The notes under the pieces are model-generated. The model was not told where the DNA came from and did not search any database. It saw nothing but the letters and a program-made list of their open reading frames with translations. From IMG/VR virus record IMGVR_UViG_3300034374_010562: a stretch of DNA of 20,000 nt. One strand, written 5' to 3'. This document shows positions 8,597-15,637 of this stretch, one piece after another. Position numbers and translations under genes: made by a program. The number at the start of each line of letters is the position of its first letter. The first letter of the stretch is position 1. The DNA is from an uncultured virus (IMG/VR IMGVR_UViG_3300034374_010562). Taxonomy: Duplodnaviria; Heunggongvirae; Uroviricota; Caudoviricetes.

Positions 8597-9782
8597 CTCT
8601 TGAATCGTATACTAACCTTCTCGGTTTTTGTGTATCAGGAGTAGCATCTGGTTTCACTTCATCTAAATAAAGAACATCCTCTACATCCGTCTTTGTATCT
8701 AAAACCTCCTCTTGTTCTGTCGTATCTTCTTGTTCTTTATTAATAGGAGTTTCCTCTAATTTAGAATCATTTGACATTTTTTCAAGGTTTTGTTCTCTGA
8801 GATGTTTCTCGTATCGTAACTTTTCAAGTTTTTCCAACTCTTTTTGTAGTAATTGAACGTCGGATTCCGTTGGTGGGTGTTCGTCTGTTTTTTCAAACAA
8901 CTTACTCTTCTTTTCCAACTCTCTTTGTTTCTTTTCTTCCTCTAACCTCTTTCTTTCCTTACTTTCCAATGACACCTTCTCAAAGGCAAAGTTCGCAGCA
9001 ATAACCAAAGCGATTGCCAATGGGTCAAAAACAAAAATGATAACCAACATTAATATGTTAATTACCTTATCCATCGGTGTACCAGTTAATTCTGAGATAT
9101 ACTTCAAAGGACCTAACTCAGAAGCTAAGTCTGTATTACTCTCCAAATCTAAAATCTGAACTTCCAAAGATGTGATAGAGTCTGTTACAATTTCAATCTT
9201 TTGTGATATCTCATTTCTCGATTCAACAGCCTCGTTCAACTGTTTTTCCAACGACCTTCTCGTTGATGATGATGTTGTAGTGATGATTTGTCCCGTCTCT
9301 GAATCACGGTATTGTATCTTATTATTCGCAAGACCATCACGTAATGATGTGATACTCTCGTCCAATTCTTTCTTTTCTAATAGGTAATAGTCACGGTTTT
9401 CAACAAACCTGTTTTTCTTTAACTCAATGACCTCAACTTCCTTATCTAAGATACCTGACTTACTCGCAGTCTCTTGGTAGGCACCTGACAAGAACCCATA
9501 GATACCTGCCGAGGTAATCAATACCAACACCGCAGCAGCAACTGTAAGGTATACTCTCAATAATTTATTCAGTGATTTCCAATATTGATACAACAGCGAT
9601 GCAATAACCAACTTTGAAACCTCCAACGAGGTCGCCATGATTAACACCGCTGTCGCAGCACCCGCAAAAAGTTTTGACAAACCTGTTACCGAGTAAAACG
9701 CCGCAGAAGCACTTACCGATAAAGCGGATAACGCAATAATAAAAGGAAAAATTCTTTTTTGTATTTCTTTCCAAAAACTCAT
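8562..9782 (-). CDS. Multi-pass membrane protein with long coiled coil (406 aa), function unknown
   Basis: Three N-terminal hydrophobic helices, about 140-aa coiled coil, further TM (ILMLVIIFVFDPLAIALVIAAN), charged low-complexity tail. Confidence 0.8.
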   Translation of the reverse strand: MSFWKEIQKRIFPFIIALSALSVSASAAFYSVTGLSKLFAGAATAVLIMATSLEVSKLVIASLLYQYWKSLNKLLRVYLTVAAAVLVLITSAGIYGFLSGAYQETASKSGILDKEVEVIELKKNRFVENRDYYLLEKKELDESITSLRDGLANNKIQYRDSETGQIITTTSSSTRRSLEKQLNEAVESRNEISQKIEIVTDSITSLEVQILDLESNTDLASELGPLKYISELTGTPMDKVINILMLVIIFVFDPLAIALVIAANFAFEKVSLESKERKRLEEEKKQRELEKKSKLFEKTDEHPPTESDVQLLQKELEKLEKLRYEKHLREQNLEKMSNDSKLEETPINKEQEDTTEQEEVLDTKTDVEDVLYLDEVKPDATPDTQKPRRLVYDSRDGRRNAKITRL

Positions 9783-9814
9783 GAAAACATCTTGTTTGTG
9801 TTTATCTGTAACAA

Positions 9815-9821
9815 ATAAATA
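9815..9821 (-). promoter_or_regulatory. TATTTAT putative late-promoter motif
   Basis: ATAAATA on the plus strand in the spacer between the sigma gene and the 406-aa gene. Confidence 0.4.
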
Positions 9822-9827
9822 TCTCTG

Positions 9828-10643
9828 TTATAGATAATCAAACAAATCTGAAGATTCATTACGTAGTTTACGAAGTGCCTTTTCCTTAATTTGACGGACA
9901 CGTTCTTTTGTCAAACTGAAGTCGGTACCGATGTCTTCCAACGTTCGTGGAGTCCCTGACAATCCGAAGTAATCCTCAACAATTAAACGCTCTCTCTCGT
10001 CCAACACACCCATAATCTCACGGAGTTTCATCTTTAATAAATCTTCAGTGTCAAAGACCGCATCAGGACGCTCAGAATTATGGTTTTCTATAAGGTCAAC
10101 CAACGTATCACCATCTTCATTGATGTTCATATCCAAATCAATGGTCTTTGGAAGGGACGTGAATTTCTCATCCAACTCCTTATTAGTTCGTTGTGCTTCT
10201 TTTTTCGCTCGATGCATCTCCTGAACCACGTTAACCGGTAGACGGATGGTGCGAGAGTTTTCATTTAGACATTGGATGATAGATTGTTTAATCCACCACA
10301 CCGCATAAGAGATGAAACGCAAGTTACGGTCCCAATCGAAATTCTTAATGGCTTTCATAAGACCCAAGTTACCCTCAGCAATGAGGTCACCCAAATCCAT
10401 TCCCTGATTTTGGTATTGTTTGGCGATGGTAATCACAAATCGTAGGTTACCCTCCAACAATTCCTGATAGATTTTATCCTTGTCAATATCGGTAATACCC
10501 TCAGCAGAAATCAACTGAGCCAATTCCTTTTCCCTTTCAGGAGTCATTACTTTAATTTTACGGATGTCTTTGAGATACATTTGAATCTCATCTTGATTAA
10601 TAGGTGAACTCATAAAGTTATCGTTATCGTTATTTGTATTCAT
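9828..10643 (-). CDS. RNA polymerase sigma-70 family factor (RpoD/RpoS-like, no region 1.1)
   Basis: Region 1.2 (IQMYLKDIRK..MTPEREKELA), region 2 (NLRFVITIAKQY, DLIAEGNLGLMKA..FD...RFISYAVWWIKQSI), RTIRLP, region 4 HTH (TLEDIG..FSLTKERVRQIKEKALRKLR). Confidence 0.96.
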   Translation of the reverse strand: MNTNNDNDNFMSSPINQDEIQMYLKDIRKIKVMTPEREKELAQLISAEGITDIDKDKIYQELLEGNLRFVITIAKQYQNQGMDLGDLIAEGNLGLMKAIKNFDWDRNLRFISYAVWWIKQSIIQCLNENSRTIRLPVNVVQEMHRAKKEAQRTNKELDEKFTSLPKTIDLDMNINEDGDTLVDLIENHNSERPDAVFDTEDLLKMKLREIMGVLDERERLIVEDYFGLSGTPRTLEDIGTDFSLTKERVRQIKEKALRKLRNESSDLFDYL

Positions 10644-11208
10644 TTGAATAATGGGTTAATAATCTCTTTTCTTCGTCTGACAAAGATAACGCACCTTTGT
10701 CAATCATCTTATCTAATAGGTCGTCCAATGTTGGATTTTTTTTCTGTGGACGTAACATAGGGTCTTCATCCTCATCTTCAAAGGAGATATCCTGAAAATC
10801 GGATTCTGACATGAAGTATTGGATTAACTTATCGAACTCTTCCGCAGATTTATTGGAGTCAACCTCAAACCTGTAGTTACTAATAAACGTAACTCGGTCT
10901 CCTTCGTTCTCCAATTCCTTTAAGTTGTTTTTGATTTTACTCGGCAAGTCCACACTCAGTTCCTCACCTTTGGGAACGAGGTAATATTGAATATCGTTGG
11001 ACTTATAGGTCGCTTTGAGATATTCGGCGAGTTCTTCTTTTGGTAAGTCAGTATCAAACTGAACAATCATAGTGTATGATTCATATACATATTTTAAGGA
11101 CTCATCTAAAGTGATAGGGATTAGGGGTTGTAACAACTCTCCTTCCGCACCTCTTCCTTTGAAGTTGCCGAAGATAAATAGGGTAAAAAACAGTTTTTCA
11201 GTTTCCAT
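10630..11208 (-). CDS. Hypothetical protein with C-terminal DUF6576-like motif (192 aa; start moved to METEKL)
   Basis: C-terminal LDDLLDKMIDKGALSLSDEEKRLL fits the DUF6576 pattern; the ORF-track TTG start at 11226 lies inside the predicted -7 promoter element. Confidence 0.7.
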   Translation of the reverse strand: METEKLFFTLFIFGNFKGRGAEGELLQPLIPITLDESLKYVYESYTMIVQFDTDLPKEELAEYLKATYKSNDIQYYLVPKGEELSVDLPSKIKNNLKELENEGDRVTFISNYRFEVDSNKSAEEFDKLIQYFMSESDFQDISFEDEDEDPMLRPQKKNPTLDDLLDKMIDKGALSLSDEEKRLLTHYSNEYK

Positions 11209-11223
11209 AGGATTATTTTTTTT

Positions 11224-11255
11224 CAAATGTAGGACTATTTATAATAAAAACCAAA
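11224..11255 (-). promoter_or_regulatory. Bacteroidota-type primary-sigma promoter (-33 TTTG, 20-nt spacer, -7 TACATTTG)
   Basis: Minus strand reads TTTG-gtttttattataaatagtcc-TACATTTG, an exact fit to TTTG-N19-21-TAnnTTTG; upstream of the DUF6576-like gene and the sigma gene. Confidence 0.75.
11236..11243 (+). promoter_or_regulatory. TATTTATA putative late-promoter motif
   Basis: 14 nt upstream of the ATG at 11258; lies inside the spacer of the opposite-strand promoter. Confidence 0.45.
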
Positions 11256-11257
11256 TT

Positions 11258-11896
11258 ATGAGTAAGATAACTTTAACTGAGACGGAACTAATATCTATTG
11301 TGAACCGTGTCGTTGAACAAAAATTGAGCCATATCAATGAAGACTCAGCAGATATCAATCAGGATGGTATAATTTCTCCTGAAGAGTTATATCAACACTT
11401 TGACCTCGATGGTGACGGAGTCGTTACAATGGCCGACTATGCAGCCCATGTAGATTTTCATTGTGAAAATCCTGAACTCCTTCAAAAAGAAAGAGAATCA
11501 AAAGAATACCTTTCTAAAATGGAACAAGACCGTGAACCTTTCATCGCATTCTTCAATGTTGATGACATGCAACCAATGATGGAACAAGACGAGTTTGAAG
11601 ATGAAGACGGTGAACAAATGGTAAAATATCCAGTTGACGACATCGACTTCGACCTTGATGATTCTGACGTTCAAGAAATAATGTCATTTGATGGTCCTTT
11701 TAGACAATTTAGAGGTTCTATATATGTGGACGGTATCGTTCCTGAAACAGATGACCGTGAATACGACAGAAAATTAGCAATTAAACTAATGGACTACTAC
11801 CGTGAACAAATCTCAAACTCTGAGAGTTATGTTGGTGGAGTTGGATTCAAAAATAGAGGTAATTTATTAGAACCATATGACAATATGGACTTTTAA
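11258..11896 (+). CDS. EF-hand-containing acidic protein (212 aa; start moved to MSKITLTE)
   Basis: Two 12-residue loops DINQDGIISPEE and DLDGDGVVTMAD fit the EF-hand consensus; ATG at 11258 avoids overlap with the divergent gene. Confidence 0.8.
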   Translation: MSKITLTETELISIVNRVVEQKLSHINEDSADINQDGIISPEELYQHFDLDGDGVVTMADYAAHVDFHCENPELLQKERESKEYLSKMEQDREPFIAFFNVDDMQPMMEQDEFEDEDGEQMVKYPVDDIDFDLDDSDVQEIMSFDGPFRQFRGSIYVDGIVPETDDREYDRKLAIKLMDYYREQISNSESYVGGVGFKNRGNLLEPYDNMDF

Positions 11897-11917
11897 TTAA
11901 ACCTTAGAAAAGGAATG

Positions 11918-11944
11918 AACCCTGACATAACGTCAGGGTTTTTT
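11918..11944 (+). terminator. Intrinsic terminator
   Basis: AACCCTGAC-ataac-GTCAGGGTT 9-bp stem followed by a T-run, between convergent genes. Confidence 0.85.
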
Positions 11945-11946
11945 AT

Positions 11947-12486
11947 TTACACCCTCTTCGAGTATCCAACGACCTGGTAGAAATCCTTATTGCCGTCACA
12001 GTAATCCTTTACCAACTCCAACAACGTTCTAAACATAAATGCTCCTGAGGTCTGCTTCTCACATCGAATGAACAACTCAATAAATGCAGTCAACGTATCC
12101 ATAGGGTAGTATCCGTGACCATTGAGTTCTTCATATACTCGGTCCAACTGAGAATATAAATTAAGTTCATAACCGTCTCTCTCCTCAACAGTTTGAAACG
12201 GGTCCAACTGGTCATACTGTTCCAGCATATTGTAAACGAAACCACGAACCAATCCTTTGTTGTATTCAGCCTTTACCAATAGGTCCACAATCCAGTGGGT
12301 GTGACTCGGCGTTCTCAATCGCTTACCTTCCTCACGGTATTTGACGATGAAGTCAAGGTCTGGGTTCTCACCACGGAATCCCTGATAGATAGCAATTGCC
12401 GTTCCATCTTCCATAGTGTAGTGTTTGAGGGGTGGGTAATAGTTCTCCGTTCCTCGTTGTTTGTAGGTTAATTGTTCTACTGTCAT
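11947..12486 (-). CDS. Hypothetical protein with RTPSHTHW motif (179 aa)
   Basis: Clean ORF; the HxH-containing segment DFIVKY...RLRTPSHTHWIVDLL looks conserved; no confident family. Confidence 0.8.
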   Translation of the reverse strand: MTVEQLTYKQRGTENYYPPLKHYTMEDGTAIAIYQGFRGENPDLDFIVKYREEGKRLRTPSHTHWIVDLLVKAEYNKGLVRGFVYNMLEQYDQLDPFQTVEERDGYELNLYSQLDRVYEELNGHGYYPMDTLTAFIELFIRCEKQTSGAFMFRTLLELVKDYCDGNKDFYQVVGYSKRV

Positions 12487-12490
12487 AATA

Positions 12491-12754
12491 TTAGTATCTA
12501 CCTAAGTGGTTATTAAATTCTCTCATCTCTTGCTCCTCGTATTTCTTGAATTGCTCTTCACGACGCAAGACTGTCATAAAGTCGAAGATGTATTTCTTAA
12601 CCTCGTTGAGGTGATTGTTAACATCCATTCCACGGTCCAACATCTCTTGAGTGTCAGATAGGTTGGATGCTACTCGCATCAATACATCAGTGGTTTTCAA
12701 CATTTCAGCTGGTAGGTATTCTCCGTGCTTCTCGCAAAATTCAACTTTAGTCAT
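12491..12754 (-). CDS. Hypothetical protein (87 aa)
   Basis: ORF directly downstream of the promoter/stem-loop element at 12778-12817. Confidence 0.8.
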   Translation of the reverse strand: MTKVEFCEKHGEYLPAEMLKTTDVLMRVASNLSDTQEMLDRGMDVNNHLNEVKKYIFDFMTVLRREEQFKKYEEQEMREFNNHLGRY

Positions 12755-12777
12755 ATCCTTATCGTTTTATTAGATTA

Positions 12778-12817
12778 CGAATATACAACAAAAAAGGGAC
12801 CTACACAAGTCCCTTTC
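12778..12817 (-). repeat. 40-bp promoter/stem-loop repeat, copy 1 (terminator hairpin overlapping a cTTG-N20-TATATTCG promoter)
   Basis: cgaatatacaacaaaaaagggacctacacaagtccctttc; perfect stem AAAGGGAC/GTCCCTTT (12793-12816) with a minus-strand U-tract; 33/40 identical to 14301-14340. Confidence 0.85.
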
Positions 12818-12825
12818 AAATTATT

Positions 12826-13659
12826 TTATATTAAGTCAATCGTTGTCTGAAGATTTTTTAACCTTTCAATTATTATATCATAATATTCCCTAACCATTTC
12901 ACTACCTAAGTAATTCCGACCCTTATTTATTGCAGCTCTAGCGGTAGTACCACTACCCATCATTGGGTCAAATATTAAATCACCTTTATTTGTCCATGTT
13001 TCAATATGGTCTTCAACCAACTTAGTAGGAAATATTGCGGGATGTTGGTAGGCTATTTCATCTTCCTGTCCATTTTTAGAGGTTTTGTAGGTCCACACAT
13101 TATATCTCTGACCGTATTCAGAAATTACTTTTTTACTATTTTCCTTCATAGAACCATCCTTTTGTCTAACAGTATTTTTACCCCAAGAACCAACTTTACC
13201 ACCATAAACATTTTTACGGTCCTTAATTGAATTAAAAGTTTTAGGTTTACCCTTCGAAAAAACAAACATATATTCAAATATTTGGTGATATCTATTAGAT
13301 GAAGGGTTAGAAAAATTATTCTTTTGGTAAATCATAGTATCATGAATATTGAAACCAATCTCTTTAAAATATAACGCTTGTCTGAATGATGTTCCCGTTT
13401 CTGAACCATTATGTGTTGCATCACCAACAACCCAAACAACCACACCACCTTCTTTTGTGACTCGATATAACTCTTTAGCGATATCTTCAAAAGGAAACGA
13501 ATATCCGTTGTAATCTGTATGATTACCTTTTATGTGGTTTTTATAAGTTCTTAAATCATCATAAGGTGGTGATGTAACTGTCAAATCAATACTACTATTT
13601 TCCATTCTTGACATGGTGTCAAGACAATTTTCATTATATATTGTGTTAATACTTGCCAT
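12826..13659 (-). CDS. DNA amino-methyltransferase, N6_N4_Mtase family, beta class (probably m4C)
   Basis: Motif IV TSPPY precedes motif I DPMMGSGTT (beta order); HPAIFP; SPPY is typical of N4-cytosine MTases. Confidence 0.95.
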   Translation of the reverse strand: MASINTIYNENCLDTMSRMENSSIDLTVTSPPYDDLRTYKNHIKGNHTDYNGYSFPFEDIAKELYRVTKEGGVVVWVVGDATHNGSETGTSFRQALYFKEIGFNIHDTMIYQKNNFSNPSSNRYHQIFEYMFVFSKGKPKTFNSIKDRKNVYGGKVGSWGKNTVRQKDGSMKENSKKVISEYGQRYNVWTYKTSKNGQEDEIAYQHPAIFPTKLVEDHIETWTNKGDLIFDPMMGSGTTARAAINKGRNYLGSEMVREYYDIIIERLKNLQTTIDLI

Positions 13660-13683
13660 AATTTAATTATAAAAATTAAAAAA

Positions 13684-14283
13684 CTATTGTACAGACTTTT
13701 CAGTTAATATTACCGAATCATGATTTTCATATAAATCTTTATAGTGACCCTGTTGGATATTACCTAATGCAGTGTATTCAAAACCATTTAAGTCAGTAAC
13801 CTTAAATCTACCAGACAAAGAACCAGGTCCCAAATGTTCAAAGTGAAATAAAACATGGTACCCGTTTTTAATGTCTTTCCTATTCTTTGTAATTTCTTTT
13901 GGAGTTGAAGTATAGAAAACCCTAAAAGTCGTTAAAGCGTCTATATCTTTACTAATTTTAAGTTCAGGATATAACATTTTACCTTGATAATTAATTCTAA
14001 GGTCCGGATACCCACTACCTAACTTTTCCACAGTAACCGATTTCCCATACTTTTCTTGAATAGCCTCTAACATAACCTCTTCCAAGTGATTTCCATACTC
14101 GTTAATTCTACCAACATATGGTAACCTTTCATTCATTTCAAAAGTAATATCGACTAAATCTTTTAAAAATGGAAGTAATTCATCCTCAATTGGTAAAATC
14201 AAAGAATCGTAGTAAGCCATTACAAAATCATTAAGTGTAATTCGTCTTTCTTTTTGTTCCTTTAAATATGTTACTGAATCCAT
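13684..14283 (-). CDS. PD-(D/E)xK nuclease, putative Type II restriction endonuclease
   Basis: RINEYGNHLEE helix, then GYPD...YPELK catalytic motif; immediately upstream of the MTase, same strand. Confidence 0.7.
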   Translation of the reverse strand: MDSVTYLKEQKERRITLNDFVMAYYDSLILPIEDELLPFLKDLVDITFEMNERLPYVGRINEYGNHLEEVMLEAIQEKYGKSVTVEKLGSGYPDLRINYQGKMLYPELKISKDIDALTTFRVFYTSTPKEITKNRKDIKNGYHVLFHFEHLGPGSLSGRFKVTDLNGFEYTALGNIQQGHYKDLYENHDSVILTEKSVQ

Positions 14284-14300
14284 GATTTTTTTTTACATAT

Positions 14301-14340
14301 CAAATATACAATAAAAAAGGGACTCTCACAAATCCCCTTC
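14301..14340 (-). repeat. 40-bp promoter/stem-loop repeat, copy 2 (TTTG-N20-TATATTTG promoter)
   Basis: caaatatacaataaaaaagggactctcacaaatccccttc; minus strand TTTG-tgagagtcccttttttattg-TATATTTG is an exact Bacteroidota consensus; imperfect hairpin; overlaps the last codons of the dCMP deaminase. Confidence 0.85.
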
Positions 14341-14778
14341 ATAAAAAATCACCTCAACACCACTTTCTTCAAACATCTGTTTTGAACGTTTGGCGTGTTC
14401 GTCCCAATGTTCTCTGTTTCGTGTAGTATCCTGAGTCTTACAGTAGATACGTCTGACCCCCGAACTAATAATCCCACGAGCACAATCACTACACGGAATA
14501 CCACAGGTCAGATACATTGTCGTATCTCTTAGACTGACACCGATACGTGCTGCATTATATAGAGCGTTACGTTCAGCATGTTCAAACCAAAAATACTTCT
14601 CTGGTCTCACCTGACGTTCTTCCACATCATCGTTGATACCACGAGGAAAGGAGTTATACCCAGTGGTGATAATCTCATGGTCTTTTCCCACGATAACTGC
14701 ACCAATTTTTGTTCTACGGTCTTTTGACTTTTCTTTGACCTGTTCGGCAATATTCAAAAAATACTTATCCCAATTCAT
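14326..14778 (-). CDS. dCMP deaminase (ComEB/T4 cd family)
   Basis: Zn-deaminase motifs HAERNAL and PCSDC; KIGAVIV...TGYNSFPRG. Confidence 0.95.
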   Translation of the reverse strand: MNWDKYFLNIAEQVKEKSKDRRTKIGAVIVGKDHEIITTGYNSFPRGINDDVEERQVRPEKYFWFEHAERNALYNAARIGVSLRDTTMYLTCGIPCSDCARGIISSGVRRIYCKTQDTTRNREHWDEHAKRSKQMFEESGVEVIFYEGDL

Positions 14779-15637
14779 CGTATTGTTTTTTTACTTTACG
14801 TATATAATCTTCAACTCTGTGTTTTGGTTTCCAGTTCAACAATTCTTCAGTGTCATTCTCAACTACATCGGCAGTTATTCTATCACCCCTTCTTTGTTCC
14901 ACCAATGTCCAATTACCGAATGTGTCAGCAATTTCAATGATGGTCTTTGGTTTACCTTTTCTGAGGTACCACTCGTGATTGAGGTCTTTTTGTGATGCTA
15001 AGATGGTCCCTTCCACGATATCCTCAATGTGAGTGAAGTCCCTTTGTTGTGTCCCTGGTGAGACGACTGTTAACGGTTTCCCTTCACGGTATTGTCTTTC
15101 AAAGATTCCAATTACTGTCGCATAATCACCTGATTCAATCTGACCTGGTCCATAAACATTGTAAAAATACACAATTTCATATTTGAGACCAAACCATTCA
15201 CCGTAATTCTTTATTAGTTCCACCATCTTTGCTTTCACCCAAGCATAAGGTGATAGGTTTTCATCTTTCCCTCCGTTCCCAAACTTTGATGATGATGCTG
15301 AGTAAACGAGTTTTGCACCCCATTGTTTACACTTTTCGATAAGTAATGATGTGGAATATAAATTGGTTTCAATCAAATAATCAATATCCTCAAAAGAAGT
15401 AACTATTCGTGAGTATTCACCAAAGTGGAATACCACATCAGGAACAAAAGATGATGGCTTCTCTAAGTATTCTTTTACTGACATCTGTAGGTAAGACGCA
15501 CCACTATGGTGATTTGATATCTTTCCTGTAAAGTAGTTATCCACCGATATTATGGTCGCCTTTGGATATAACTCCAATAGTCTACCGATAAGGTTTGAAC
15601 CGACAAACCCCGCTCCACCTGTTACCAATATATTCAT
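14765..15637 (-). CDS. NAD-dependent nucleotide-sugar epimerase/dehydratase (extended SDR; 290 aa, start MNILVTGG)
   Basis: Rossmann GGAGFVG, SASSS, catalytic YAWVK (YxxxK), YFYNVYGP, RDFTHIEDIV. Confidence 0.93.
   Translation of the reverse strand: MNILVTGGAGFVGSNLIGRLLELYPKATIISVDNYFTGKISNHHSGASYLQMSVKEYLEKPSSFVPDVVFHFGEYSRIVTSFEDIDYLIETNLYSTSLLIEKCKQWGAKLVYSASSSKFGNGGKDENLSPYAWVKAKMVELIKNYGEWFGLKYEIVYFYNVYGPGQIESGDYATVIGIFERQYREGKPLTVVSPGTQQRDFTHIEDIVEGTILASQKDLNHEWYLRKGKPKTIIEIADTFGNWTLVEQRRGDRITADVVENDTEELLNWKPKHRVEDYIRKVKKQYDELG

Noticed and set aside
11072..11257. N-terminal extension of the 274-aa plus-strand ORF
   Set aside because: Overlaps the divergent gene and its promoter; ATG 11258 after TATTTATA is the better start.
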